Origin: an uncultured Gammaproteobacteria bacterium
GTDB taxonomy: Bacteria; Patescibacteriota; Microgenomatia; UBA10105; UBA927
Direction of reading: 5' to 3'
DNA length: 64,000 nt
NCBI GenBank assembly: GCA_964397755.1
Contig: CAYNJY010000003.1
Location: 5,923-69,922, forward strand
Shown here: piece by piece, positions 39,875 to 49,809 of the stretch
Position numbering within the stretch: the first letter of the stretch is position 1
How the letters are laid out: the number at the start of each line of letters is the position of its first letter
The notes under the pieces: model-generated
What the model saw: the letters and a program-made list of their open reading frames with translations, nothing else
The model's database searches: none
What the model was told of the DNA's origin: nothing
Program-made: the position numbers and the translations under genes

Positions 39875-40912
39875 ATGCCAGTTGATGCGAAACTCCAAGC
39901 CATCCAGCTTGCCATGGACCAGATCGAGAAGCAGTACGGCCGCGGCTCGATCATGAAGCTTGGGAAAAAAGTCGGCGTCAGGGACGCGGTTGATTTCGTC
40001 TCGACCGGCATCATGCCGCTTGATTTGGCGCTCGGCGTCGGTGGGCTACCCCGTGGCCGGGTGATCGAGATCTACGGGCCGGAAGCTTCCGGAAAAACCA
40101 CTGTATGTTTGTCTGTCATTGCCGAAGCGCAGAAAAACGGTGGCGTTGCCGCATTTATCGATGCGGAACATGCGCTGGACCCACAGTGGGCTGAAATATT
40201 GGGTGTCAAACTCGATGATCTTCTTATTTCTCAGCCGGATACCGGAGAGCAAGCACTTGAAATCGCAGAAACACTCATACGAAGCGGTGGGATCGATGTC
40301 ATCGTTATTGACTCGGTCGCAGCGCTCGTTCCCCGCGCGGAGATTGAAGGAGAAATGGGTGACAGTATGATGGGTGTACATGCACGACTCATGTCGCAGG
40401 CCCTCAGAAAATTAACAGCGGTCATTTCCAAGTCAAGAACTATCGTTATTTTTACCAATCAATTGCGTCAAAAAATAGGCGTCATGTTCGGCAATCCGGA
40501 GACAACGACGGGGGGGATGGCGCTGAAGTTTTATGCGAGCATCCGCATGGATTCCCGAAAAATTGAAAGTCTCAAAGACGGTGACAAAGTTATCGGCAGT
40601 AGACATCGTGTCCGTGTCGTCAAAAATAAAGTGTCGCCGCCGTTTCGTCTGGCTGAATTTGATGTGATGCACGATGGTATCTCGCGTGAGGGCGGTATTC
40701 TCGACGTCGGGCTCGAGCTTGGGCTCGTTACCAAAACCGGCGCATTCTTGAAGCTCGGCCAGCAGATGCTCGGCCAAGGCAAGGAGGCAGCAAAGGTCTT
40801 CCTCAAAGAAAACGCAAAACTCGTCAAAGACCTCACCGAGGCGATCTGGAAGGCGGTAAAATCAGGACACGCGCAGGTCAAGGTAGCGCCGACTGTGGCC
40901 TCCGAGGAATAA
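39875..40912 (+). CDS. recA: recombinase RecA
   Basis: GPEASGKTT Walker A and full RecA homology; SD AAAGGAG. Confidence 0.97.
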   Translation: MPVDAKLQAIQLAMDQIEKQYGRGSIMKLGKKVGVRDAVDFVSTGIMPLDLALGVGGLPRGRVIEIYGPEASGKTTVCLSVIAEAQKNGGVAAFIDAEHALDPQWAEILGVKLDDLLISQPDTGEQALEIAETLIRSGGIDVIVIDSVAALVPRAEIEGEMGDSMMGVHARLMSQALRKLTAVISKSRTIVIFTNQLRQKIGVMFGNPETTTGGMALKFYASIRMDSRKIESLKDGDKVIGSRHRVRVVKNKVSPPFRLAEFDVMHDGISREGGILDVGLELGLVTKTGAFLKLGQQMLGQGKEAAKVFLKENAKLVKDLTEAIWKAVKSGHAQVKVAPTVASEE

Positions 40913-40919
40913 CCCATGC

Positions 40920-41414
40920 ATGGAGGACGAACTTTACCAAAAGCTCCTCTCCGCTTCCTTTCGGTTCGTTTCGTTTCGGCCGCGAAGCAGCAAAGAACTC
41001 CGCGACTTTCTAACGAAAAAAATCAAACGATACAAGGTTTTTTCCGGAACGCTTGTTACGAACGTGCTTCATCGACTGGCCGAACTTGGTTACCTCGATG
41101 ATGAGAAGTTCGCTGTCTGGTGGGTCGAGCAGCGGACAGGAAGAAAACCCAAAGGGAAACGCGCTATAGAGTTTGAACTCCGGCAGAAAGGAATATCGAA
41201 GTCGGTTATCGAGTCGGCCATTCGAACACGCGGGGTAGACGAGGGAGAGCTTGCGCGAAAGCTCCTCTTTAAAAAGAGTCAGATGTGGCGGAAGCTTCCC
41301 ACGTTAGATCGTAAGCGAAAGATGTTTGCATACCTTTTCCGCCGGGGGTTTTTTTCGGAGACGATAGAGACCATCGTTGACGAGGCAACGGAAAAAGAGT
41401 ACAATGAACATTGA
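40920..41414 (+). CDS. recX: regulatory protein RecX
   Basis: RecX-like repeat architecture immediately downstream of recA. Confidence 0.8.
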   Translation: MEDELYQKLLSASFRFVSFRPRSSKELRDFLTKKIKRYKVFSGTLVTNVLHRLAELGYLDDEKFAVWWVEQRTGRKPKGKRAIEFELRQKGISKSVIESAIRTRGVDEGELARKLLFKKSQMWRKLPTLDRKRKMFAYLFRRGFFSETIETIVDEATEKEYNEH

Positions 41415-41589
41415 TTGTGGCTTAGCTTGGAGATTGGTTGAGAGACTGCGTAGGACTATGACAGCCATACCTTTAGACAAGATACTTCCTACGTTTCTTT
41501 CCGCGTAATGACCGCGGCAGTTTTTGCTGCCTTTCTCCCGACGAGCCTCTTGATTTCGTAACGTTCGCGAGTAAATCCGGAGGTACAAC

Positions 41590-43119
41590 ATGTTTGATGT
41601 TCTCAAAACACTATCTGGACTTGTGAAGGCAAGACCAACGGCTTCAGTGCAACCTAGTTTTCCCAAAAAATCCCAGGCAACTAGGGTGGTACTCGAAAAA
41701 CCGGCTAAGCAGAAAGCGCCTTCCGGCGCCGATATGAGCGGGCAGCTCGCTCTCGCACAGGTGCAGGCTCGGGAGGTTATTCTTGAAGCAAAAGACGAAG
41801 CACTCCGGATTCGGCGTGAGGCAGAAGCTGAAAGTCAGAAAGAAAAGCAGGATCTTCGAGAGAAACTCCTTTCCCTTGAGCGAAGAGAAGCAGCTACCGA
41901 TGTCCGGGAGCGGATAGTCGGCGAGGAGCACGCGTCGTTTGAGAAGAGACGTACGGAGATAGAAGCGCTCAAGCGTGACGCTCTTGAAAAACTTCAAAAG
42001 CTTGCGCACCTCACGCGAGAAGAAGCCCGACAGATGCTTCTCGCGAACCTTCGGGATCTCCTCCGCGAGGAGATGGCGCGCGAGATTAGAGAAGCCGAAT
42101 CAAGGGCGCGCGAAGAGGCAGAAACGAAAGCGCGCGAGATTCTGGTTGACGCCATGCGCCACGGCGCGACTGACTACGTAGCAGAATATACCGTCTCGGT
42201 TATCAAGGTCCAAGATGAGGAAGTGAAGGGCCGCATCATCGGCAAAGAAGGCAGGAACATCCGAGCGTTTGAAACAGCAACAGGTGTGGATGTGGACCTG
42301 GACGAAGAGGGCGTCATCCGGCTGTCAAGCTTCGATCCGGTGCGGCGAGAGATTGCACGGGTCGCCCTCGAGCGGCTCCTGCGAGACGGACGGGTTCAGC
42401 CGGGCAGAATTGAGGAAATTATTGAGCAGGTCAAAAAAGAAATCGAGCGGATTATGTTTGAAGAAGGGCAGAAACTTTGCCACACGGTGGGCGTCTATAA
42501 TCTGCCGCCGCCGCTTATCGCGCTTCTTGGACGGTTCAAGTATCGTTACTCCTACGGGCAAAACATGATTGCCCACACACTTGAGGAAACAAAGATTGGC
42601 GTTGCGATCTCACAAGAAATCGGCGCCGATAGTAACGTCGTCCGGCTCGGGTGTCTCCTTCACGACATTGGAAAGGTCGTGATGGACACAGAGGGAAGTC
42701 ATATCCAGCTCGGCGTTGAGCTTCTCAAAAAGTACGGCATGCCGGAAAAAGTGACTGACTGTGTCGCCCAGCACCATGAGGATGTAGCGTTTACGAGTAT
42801 CGAGTCGATGATCGTATACATCGCTGATGCAATTTCTGGGAGCCGCCCTGGGGCACGCTATGAAAATTATGATGAGTACGTGAAGCGGCTGAAGGATCTC
42901 GAGGAGGTTGCAAAGTCGCACAAAGGCGTCACCGAAGCGTACGCATTTCAGGCCGGACGAGAAATCCGGGTCATCGTGGACCCCGGACAGGTTGATGATG
43001 CGACGGCGATCGCCATGGCACGAGAAATTCGCGACGAGATAGGGAAGAAAGTCATCGTACCGGGTCAAGTGAAAGTCACGGTTATTCGTGAACTGCGGGC
43101 AACGGAAGTCGTTAAATAG
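41590..43119 (+). CDS. rny: ribonuclease Y
   Basis: Coiled-coil, KH domain (IIGKEGRNIR) and HD domain (LLHDIGK...HH); SD GGAGG. Confidence 0.92.
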   Translation: MFDVLKTLSGLVKARPTASVQPSFPKKSQATRVVLEKPAKQKAPSGADMSGQLALAQVQAREVILEAKDEALRIRREAEAESQKEKQDLREKLLSLERREAATDVRERIVGEEHASFEKRRTEIEALKRDALEKLQKLAHLTREEARQMLLANLRDLLREEMAREIREAESRAREEAETKAREILVDAMRHGATDYVAEYTVSVIKVQDEEVKGRIIGKEGRNIRAFETATGVDVDLDEEGVIRLSSFDPVRREIARVALERLLRDGRVQPGRIEEIIEQVKKEIERIMFEEGQKLCHTVGVYNLPPPLIALLGRFKYRYSYGQNMIAHTLEETKIGVAISQEIGADSNVVRLGCLLHDIGKVVMDTEGSHIQLGVELLKKYGMPEKVTDCVAQHHEDVAFTSIESMIVYIADAISGSRPGARYENYDEYVKRLKDLEEVAKSHKGVTEAYAFQAGREIRVIVDPGQVDDATAIAMAREIRDEIGKKVIVPGQVKVTVIRELRATEVVK

Positions 43120-43159
43120 CATCGATGTTACTTTAGGCTGATTTGGCAGTATGTTAAAA

Positions 43160-43196
43160 TTGACATCTTGACAGAACCTTCTAAATTGTCTACAGT
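43160..43196 (+). promoter_or_regulatory. tandem/overlapping promoters for hup: TTGACA-16 nt-TAAATT and TTGACA-17 nt-TACAGT
   Basis: Two consensus TTGACA boxes at 43160 and 43168. Confidence 0.5.
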
Positions 43197-43278
43197 GCTT
43201 TGTGGAGATTGATGTAGTAGTCCCCTAAAAATTTTTTCTTGTTCTATCCCGCTGCCCGGAAGGAGGTGACAATTCCTC

Positions 43279-43551
43279 ATGACAAAAGCAGACCTCGTAG
43301 AAGTGGTCGCGAAAAAGGCCAATCTCACTGCCAAGGCCGCCCGTGAATCAGTCGCAGCGGTGTTTGGTGCCGTTACCGATGCACTGAAAAAGGGTGACAA
43401 GGTGGTGGTGACTGGATTCGGTACCTTTATGGTTCGATCCAGAAAGGCCCGAACCGGTCGCAATCCGCAGACGGGAGCGACGATCAATATCCCAGCGCGG
43501 AAAACTCCGGGCTTTACTGCCGGAAAAGCACTCAAGAAAGTCGTGCGGTAA
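43279..43551 (+). CDS. hup: DNA-binding protein HU
   Basis: HU/IHF family motifs (GFGTF, RNPQTG); strong SD GGAAGGAGGTG. Confidence 0.95.
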   Translation: MTKADLVEVVAKKANLTAKAARESVAAVFGAVTDALKKGDKVVVTGFGTFMVRSRKARTGRNPQTGATINIPARKTPGFTAGKALKKVVR

Positions 43552-43573
43552 GTACTCGTGGCTTCTTGGGCAT

Positions 43574-43608
43574 GAGAGACTCCCTCCAACTGGGGAGAGT
43601 CTCTTTTG
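43574..43608 (+). terminator. intrinsic terminator after hup
   Basis: Imperfect 11-bp stem GAGAGACTCCC...GGGAGAGTCTC followed by TTTTGG. Confidence 0.55.
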
Positions 43609-43642
43609 GTATACTAGTAAGTACATCACAAACCCCAATTCA

Positions 43643-43705
43643 CAATGACCAACGTGGTAAGGGAATGTATATACATCTTCATACCTAGTTGGGATTTGGT
43701 CATTG
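43643..43705. promoter_or_regulatory. inverted repeat CAATGACCAA(CG)...(CTAG)TTGGTCATTG, 10-bp perfect arms extended by CCAAC/GTTGG, 43-nt spacer, in the ABC operon leader
   Basis: Arms at 43643-43652 and 43696-43705 are exact reverse complements; inner GTATATAC palindrome. Confidence 0.5.
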
Positions 43706-43724
43706 AGATTTGAGAATTGCATAT

Positions 43725-44702
43725 ATGGTTATCTCTCTTTCTCACCTGAAGAAGTACTACCAGATCCACAAAAAAGAGCCGGGGTTTGTGGGATCCGTAA
43801 CATCTCTTTTTGCGAGAACGTACGAGACGGTCAAGGCAGTTGACGGAATATCATTTGACATTTCCGAAGGAGAACTTGTCGGGTTTATCGGTCCGAACGG
43901 CGCGGGGAAAACCACGACGCTCAAATGCCTTTCCGGACTTCTCTTTCCCACGAGCGGCAAGGTGTCGGTGTTAGGATTCACACCGTTTGAAAGAAAAAAC
44001 GCGTACCTTAGGCAAATCGCCCTCGTCATGGGCCAGAAAAACCAGCTCTGGTGGGACCTACCGGCGCAGGAAACATTCTTGCTCAACAAAGAAATCTACG
44101 AGATCGACGATAGTGATTACAAAAAAACGCTCCACAAGCTGGTCGAACTTCTGGATGTAGAAGCACTTCTCAAAGTCCAAGTAAGGAAGCTCTCTCTCGG
44201 TGAGCGAATGAAAATGGAGCTCATCGCCGCCCTCATCCACGCACCGAGAGTATTATTTCTTGACGAACCAACAATCGGGCTTGACGTGGTTATGCAGAAG
44301 AAAATGCGGGATTTCATTAAAGCCTATAACGAACGATATCAATCGACGATCCTTCTCACCTCTCACTACATGGAGGACGTCCGGCAGCTTGCCAAGCGGA
44401 TCATTATCATTGATCGTGGAAAAATCATTTACGATGGCAAACTAGATAGTCTGGTCAAGAGATTTGCCAAACACAAAGTTCTTTCTGTTGTCCTTGACGA
44501 ATATGTGACGCCGGATAAGCTCTCTGAGATCGGGGACCTTGTCGAGTATTCTTTTCCACGAGCAGTCATTAAGGTATCTCGGAGCGCCTCAAACGTTGCC
44601 GCGGCACAGCTCCTTCAGAAGTTCCCCGTCGATGACTTAAACATCGAAGAGCCGGACATCGAAGACATTATTAGAGATGTCTTTACGAAAAACAAACCAT
44701 GA
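43725..44702 (+). CDS. ABC transporter ATP-binding protein with ~100-aa C-terminal extension
   Basis: Walker A GPNGAGKTT, signature LSLGERM, Walker B LFLDEPT. Confidence 0.93.
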   Translation: MVISLSHLKKYYQIHKKEPGFVGSVTSLFARTYETVKAVDGISFDISEGELVGFIGPNGAGKTTTLKCLSGLLFPTSGKVSVLGFTPFERKNAYLRQIALVMGQKNQLWWDLPAQETFLLNKEIYEIDDSDYKKTLHKLVELLDVEALLKVQVRKLSLGERMKMELIAALIHAPRVLFLDEPTIGLDVVMQKKMRDFIKAYNERYQSTILLTSHYMEDVRQLAKRIIIIDRGKIIYDGKLDSLVKRFAKHKVLSVVLDEYVTPDKLSEIGDLVEYSFPRAVIKVSRSASNVAAAQLLQKFPVDDLNIEEPDIEDIIRDVFTKNKP

Positions 44703-44708
44703 CATTCT

Positions 44709-45506
44709 ATGAAGTATGTTAAGATTCTCTTCCTCCACTTCCAAGACGCGCTTGAGGATCGTTCCCGGTCTTTTGTCTGGTTTCTCCTAGCTCTCATCGA
44801 TCCACTTCTGCTTCTTCTTTTCTGGCGGGGAGCGCTCGCCGCCAGCGGTGGCGACATTGGAGGATGGCAGCTTTCCTCGATTACCGCATACTACTTGCTC
44901 TTGACGATTGCCTCTTCGCTTCTGGTAGTTCATATTGAAGAAGTCGTCGCGTACTATGATATTTACCAGGGCTGGCTCGCCAATTACCTTCTTCGGCCTG
45001 TTTCGTATTTCTGGTATAAGCTTCTCCAAGAGTTGCCCTACAGGCTTCTACAAGGAACGATGGGGATTGGCGTATTCCTCATGATGTGGCTCGCGCTGGG
45101 AAATCTGCTCAATGTAGATGTTAGCACGGGTAATCTTGTGAGGAGTCTCATTATTGCTCTTCTTGCGTTTGGCATATCGTTTCTTCTCAAAATGGTGTTG
45201 GGGTTGTCGGCGCTTTGGACAACAGATTTTACCGGACTTGCACAACTTCTTGAGGTCACCTTTCTTCTTTTCGGTGGTTTTATTGTTCCACTTTCGTTGT
45301 TTCCAACTTGGTTAGAGAGGCTCGCATATTCTTTGCCGTTCCCGTACATTGTGTATTTTCCTGTCGTCAGTTTTCAAGGAAGACTAACGACCGTTGATTT
45401 CTATCGTGTTCTATGGGCACAACTTTTGTGGGCAGTAGTCCTGTTTTTGCTCTCTATGATTCTTTGGCGACGTGGGGTCCAGAAATTTACAGGAGTAGGT
45501 CTATGA
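44709..45506 (+). CDS. ABC-2 family (DUF990/ABC2_membrane_6-like) permease, paralog type A
   Basis: 6 TM helices; LLRPVSYFW motif shared with 46306..47100. Confidence 0.8.
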   Translation: MKYVKILFLHFQDALEDRSRSFVWFLLALIDPLLLLLFWRGALAASGGDIGGWQLSSITAYYLLLTIASSLLVVHIEEVVAYYDIYQGWLANYLLRPVSYFWYKLLQELPYRLLQGTMGIGVFLMMWLALGNLLNVDVSTGNLVRSLIIALLAFGISFLLKMVLGLSALWTTDFTGLAQLLEVTFLLFGGFIVPLSLFPTWLERLAYSLPFPYIVYFPVVSFQGRLTTVDFYRVLWAQLLWAVVLFLLSMILWRRGVQKFTGVGL

Positions 45507-46294
45507 TACGAACATACGTCGTTGTTTACCTGACGCTCCTGAAGTTGAATTTTTCTGCGCTCGTGGCCTATCGATCAAATTTTGTTAATAACATTCTGTC
45601 AAGTGTGGCGTGGACAGCGTTCTCCCTCCTCTCCATTCTACTTCTGGTAGCACGGACACCGACAATTTACGGATGGAGACGCGAAGAAGTCTTACTACTT
45701 ACGGCTGGCTACAGTATCCTCATTGGCATATTTCATACTCTTTTTTCTCGCAACTTCGAGAGACTTTCTAAACTTGTTCATTTTGGACAGCTCGATAGCG
45801 TACTGGTGAAGCCCATAGATTCACAATTTTTGGTTAGCGTGTGGAACGTGAACTACACAACGCTCGTTCGCGTTCCGATAGGCGTTATCTTTCTCGGCGT
45901 GTTGCTCAGCCGACTGGGCATAAACCCACACAATATGCATGTTCTCCTGTTTGCTTTCTACCTCACTGTCGGGCTGGTTTGCTTATATAGCTTATGGTTC
46001 TCTGTTCTGACAATAACCATTTGGTTTCCGAGGCTCAGTAACATTGTTGATTTTATGTACAGCGTATCATCTATTTCGCGTTTTCCCCGCGAAATGTTCC
46101 GGGAGTTCTCGGCGTACCTGTTTTATTTTCTGTTTCCACTCATGTTTATCATCGTTACGCCGGTGAAAAGCCTTCTCGGCCGGGTATCGGTTTTCGACGT
46201 TGCGGGACTGGTTGGATCAGCAGTCCTTCTTTTTAGTTTTTCGCGGTGGTTCTGGAAATTTGCCTTGCGCTATTACACGAGTACGAGCAGCTGA
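45503..46294 (+). CDS. ABC-2 family (DUF990-like) permease, paralog type B
   Basis: 6 TM; GQLDSVLVKPID motif shared with 47118..47909; ATGA overlap. Confidence 0.8.
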   Translation: MIRTYVVVYLTLLKLNFSALVAYRSNFVNNILSSVAWTAFSLLSILLLVARTPTIYGWRREEVLLLTAGYSILIGIFHTLFSRNFERLSKLVHFGQLDSVLVKPIDSQFLVSVWNVNYTTLVRVPIGVIFLGVLLSRLGINPHNMHVLLFAFYLTVGLVCLYSLWFSVLTITIWFPRLSNIVDFMYSVSSISRFPREMFREFSAYLFYFLFPLMFIIVTPVKSLLGRVSVFDVAGLVGSAVLLFSFSRWFWKFALRYYTSTSS

Positions 46295-46305
46295 CCCCGA
46301 TCAGT

Positions 46306-47100
46306 ATGAAACTTTATCTAAGGATCATGAAGAACACCATCTCCGAATACATGACCTATCGCCTCAATTTCGTCCTGTGGCGGGCGCGGATGGTGATGCA
46401 ACTTCTGGTCACGTACTTTCTCTGGTGGGCGATCTTTACTGACCGACAGGAGTTATTCGGCTACAGTCAATCGAGGATGTTGACGTATGTATTGTTGAGT
46501 TCAGTGGTGCGGACTGTTGTTCTGGGCACCACGACGATGGAAATCGGCGGGCTTATCAACCGCGGTAATCTTTCAAACTTCCTCATTCGGCCACTGCGTT
46601 TTTTCCGTTACTATATGGCGCGCGATGCCGCAGACAAAGCCTTAAACGTTGTATGTTCTTTTGGGGAGATTACCGTGATGATCGTTTTGCTTCGTCCCCA
46701 GGTATTTGTGCAGACCAACCCATCGGCTATCGCACTGAGCGCCATCGCATTGATGATTGGTACGGTTTTGTATTTTTATTTCAGCCTGCTTTTAGAATTT
46801 TTAGGGTTTTGGACGCCGGATAACTGGGCGCCGCGGTTTCTTTCCTTCGTCATCATGGATTTCTTTGCCGGGGGTCTGTTTCCGCTGGACATTCTGCCCC
46901 AACCGCTCTTTCTCCTTAGCCAGACTCTTCCCTTCGCGTACTTCATCTACTTCCCGATCAAGGTGTATTTAGGGCAGTTGTCGTACGCTTTCGTGATTCA
47001 AGGTTTGCTGGTCGGCTTGCTGTGGGTGGTAGGCCTTTGGTATCTGGCGCAGGTGGTGTGGAAGAAGGGACTACGCGTGTACACCGCTGAAGGCCGTTAG
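46306..47100 (+). CDS. ABC-2 family (DUF990-like) permease, paralog type A'
   Basis: NFLIRPLRFF motif; ATG 46306 within ORF 46246. Confidence 0.78.
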   Translation: MKLYLRIMKNTISEYMTYRLNFVLWRARMVMQLLVTYFLWWAIFTDRQELFGYSQSRMLTYVLLSSVVRTVVLGTTTMEIGGLINRGNLSNFLIRPLRFFRYYMARDAADKALNVVCSFGEITVMIVLLRPQVFVQTNPSAIALSAIALMIGTVLYFYFSLLLEFLGFWTPDNWAPRFLSFVIMDFFAGGLFPLDILPQPLFLLSQTLPFAYFIYFPIKVYLGQLSYAFVIQGLLVGLLWVVGLWYLAQVVWKKGLRVYTAEGR

Positions 47101-47117
47101 AAAGTCCTGTCTTATCT

Positions 47118-47909
47118 ATGAAAGTTCTGCGACGATATTTTGGGCTCTGGCTCAAGTTGACGATCAATTCGTTTTTGACGACGCTCACCTCTCGTTTGAG
47201 CGCCGGGATTTTCCTTACTGGGAAGCTCCTCCGCTTTGTTTTTTTCGTTGTGTTTCTGTTGGCTCTTTTTACCAAAACACCAAGCCTTGCTAACTACACG
47301 ATCACTCAGGCGCTCTTCTTTTTCCTCACCTTCAACCTGATTGATACCATTACTCAGTTGTTTTTCCGCGAGGCCTACCGCTTTCGCCAGCTAGTGGTTT
47401 CGGGTGATTTTGATCTGGTGCTGGTCAAGCCGATGAATCCGTTGTTTCGCGCCCTTGCCGGTGGAGCCGACCCACTGGATTTGCTGATGTTGGTGCCGTT
47501 TGTAGGATTGCTGGGGTATCTCACCAGCACCTTGAATAGCTTGAGCATCGTACGTATCACGCTCTACCTGTTGCTGGTGTTCAATGGACTCCTGATTGCC
47601 ACCGGGTTCCACATTCTGGTGTTGGCCTTGGCGGTGGTGACCACCGAGATTGACCACGCCATTATGATCTACCGCGACCTGACCAGCATGGGCAGAGTTC
47701 CCGTGGATATCTACCGAGAGCCGCTGAAGAGCCTCATCACATTCGTCATACCCGTTGGCATCATGATGACGTTTCCCGCTAAAGCGCTGATGGGCTTACT
47801 GACGCCGTTTTATCAAGGCGTTGCACTACTTTTCGGTGTATTCTTTTTTACCATCTGCCTTCGTGTGTGGCGAAGGGCAATTCGTTCGTACGCGTCTGCC
47901 TCGTCCTAG
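47118..47909 (+). CDS. ABC-2 family (DUF990-like) permease, paralog type B'
   Basis: SGDFDLVLVKPMN motif. Confidence 0.8.
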   Translation: MKVLRRYFGLWLKLTINSFLTTLTSRLSAGIFLTGKLLRFVFFVVFLLALFTKTPSLANYTITQALFFFLTFNLIDTITQLFFREAYRFRQLVVSGDFDLVLVKPMNPLFRALAGGADPLDLLMLVPFVGLLGYLTSTLNSLSIVRITLYLLLVFNGLLIATGFHILVLALAVVTTEIDHAIMIYRDLTSMGRVPVDIYREPLKSLITFVIPVGIMMTFPAKALMGLLTPFYQGVALLFGVFFFTICLRVWRRAIRSYASASS

Positions 47910-47953
47910 GGCGCTTGCCAATCTTTTCTCCCTGTGATATTGTTTAGGAGCAC

Positions 47954-48799
47954 ATGGCAACAAAGCGTTCGTCAAAGAAAAAAGTCGATGCGTCTATAAC
48001 CGCGGTTGCGGATGCTTCAGGCCCGGGAGATTCAAGCGAGGCAGTTCGACAGGTTGTCGAGGTTGTTAGTGAAGGAGAGCTTTCTACCGCAGCAGAAGAT
48101 ACCATCGAAACGATTAAAAAAGATGCGAAGGAGATTGAAGAGGCAGCAGAACAGCTCGAAGAAGAAGTTCTGAAGGGGAGTGAAGGGGAGCAGGTTGCCT
48201 CAAAGGGAGCTGAACCATTTCGAGATGAAAATGACGTATCGCTGCCTCCGGCTGAGGGGCAAGAGGATCGTAAGAAGGAGATGGTGGAAGAGCTGTTTCA
48301 GAAGAAGCCACAGGTCGGCCCGGACATATCTATGCACCGGGCGGAGAATGCGCTTCCTTTGTGGCTCTGGGCAGTCATAGTACTGGGTATTGCGCTCCTT
48401 GTGGGAAGTGTCCTCGTTGGAACGTTTCGTGGCGGGCTCAAGGTGTCGCTTTTTGCAAAGCCGACTCCCACGCCTACACCTGCTTCGATACCCACACCCG
48501 CGCCGGTTGCGGTCAACCGTGAAGACCTCACCCTCGAGGTCACTAACGGTGGCGGCACTCCCGGCGCTGCGTCAAAGATGAAAAAGTTTCTTGAGGGCAA
48601 AGGGTACAACGTCGGTGCGTTAGGAAACGCAGACGAGTACACGTTTGAAAAGACAGAGATTCACGTCAAAACAAGTAAAGCCGGAGCGCTGTCTCTCCTT
48701 GAGGAAGACCTCAAGGATTCGTATACCCTCGGGAGTGGTAGCGCTGACCTCTCCGAAGATTCCTCCTACGACGGCCGCGTGATTGTGGGGAAAGAGTAA
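47954..48799 (+). CDS. membrane-anchored LytR_C (LytR/CpsA/Psr C-terminal) domain protein with acidic N-terminal region and Pro/Thr linker
   Basis: Single TM; C-terminal LTLEVTNGGGTPGAASK...GRVIVG resembles LytR_C. Confidence 0.7.
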   Translation: MATKRSSKKKVDASITAVADASGPGDSSEAVRQVVEVVSEGELSTAAEDTIETIKKDAKEIEEAAEQLEEEVLKGSEGEQVASKGAEPFRDENDVSLPPAEGQEDRKKEMVEELFQKKPQVGPDISMHRAENALPLWLWAVIVLGIALLVGSVLVGTFRGGLKVSLFAKPTPTPTPASIPTPAPVAVNREDLTLEVTNGGGTPGAASKMKKFLEGKGYNVGALGNADEYTFEKTEIHVKTSKAGALSLLEEDLKDSYTLGSGSADLSEDSSYDGRVIVGKE

Positions 48800-48806
48800 T
48801 CCGTGC

Positions 48807-49556
48807 ATGAAGTATAAGGTCTTATTTCTTGACCTTGATGGCACCACGATTCCAAATCGGCCAGACGGCATGCCCAGCGCTCGAGTCGCTGAGGCTATCC
48901 ACAAAGCCAAAACGCGCATTTTGGTATGCGTGGCCTCGAGCCGACCACTGTGTATCGCCAAACACATCTTGGATCAGTTAGATATTCGTGGGCTCTGCGT
49001 TCTTAACGATGCTACCCAGATTTATGATCCGGTGCGAAAGAAAATTCTCCAAACTATTTTTATTGATGCCGACAAGATCTCTCGGATTGTGGCAGTGGTT
49101 GAGAAACTTAGGCTCAAACCGATGGTGAATAATGGCCGCGCTGAATGGCAATACAAAACCAGTCTAAAGCTAGACCGAGTGTGTTCGATGTACGTAGGTT
49201 CAGTGAAGCCGCCTCTTGCCGAAAGACTCGTCGAAGAGCTTACGAAAATACCCAATATCGCCGTTCATAAAATGCCATCATGGACAGCCGGGGAGCTGAG
49301 TGTCAGTGTAAGTCACGCCAGTGCGACCAAGCTTCACGGGGTCATGACGGTGGCAGAAAAGCTCAACGTAGATCCTAAAGAGATGATCGGCGTCGGTGAC
49401 GGATACAATGACTTTCCGCTCCTTATGGCCTGCGGGCTCAAAATCGCCATGGGCAACGCCGTGCCGGAGCTCAAAGCAGTCGCCGACTTTATCGCGCCAA
49501 CGGTTGAAGAAGATGGGGTAGCCACGGTTATTGAAAAATTCATCCTGAACTATTGA
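48807..49556 (+). CDS. HAD-superfamily Cof-like hydrolase (HAD-IIB)
   Basis: DLDGT motif I, GDGYNDFPLL motif III; ATG 48807 within ORF 48783. Confidence 0.85.
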   Translation: MKYKVLFLDLDGTTIPNRPDGMPSARVAEAIHKAKTRILVCVASSRPLCIAKHILDQLDIRGLCVLNDATQIYDPVRKKILQTIFIDADKISRIVAVVEKLRLKPMVNNGRAEWQYKTSLKLDRVCSMYVGSVKPPLAERLVEELTKIPNIAVHKMPSWTAGELSVSVSHASATKLHGVMTVAEKLNVDPKEMIGVGDGYNDFPLLMACGLKIAMGNAVPELKAVADFIAPTVEEDGVATVIEKFILNY

Positions 49557-49577
49557 CAGAGATTCACGTGCTACGAT

Positions 49578-49603
49578 GGTATCATGTTCTAGAACACGAT
49601 ACC
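49578..49603. promoter_or_regulatory. 26-bp near-perfect palindrome GGTATCATGTTCTAGAACACGATACC (one mismatch) downstream of the HAD gene, upstream of miaB
   Basis: Read directly; inner 12-bp TGTTCTAGAACA perfect. Confidence 0.45.
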
Positions 49604-49809
49604 ACGACCCTGATACTATCGACACTCTTCTTATTCGTTTCTACTCCTGCTAAAATATAGCCCGTCATGAAATACTTCATTAAAACATTCGGCCGCGCCC
49701 TCCTCCGCTCGAATTCGCCTCGAGGGTTACGTCCTCGCAGTCGAACGCTCGTTCCGGCGGACTCCGCTATACAATTATTAGTAAAGTTTTCTTGTTTGAA
49801 ATATAGGCT

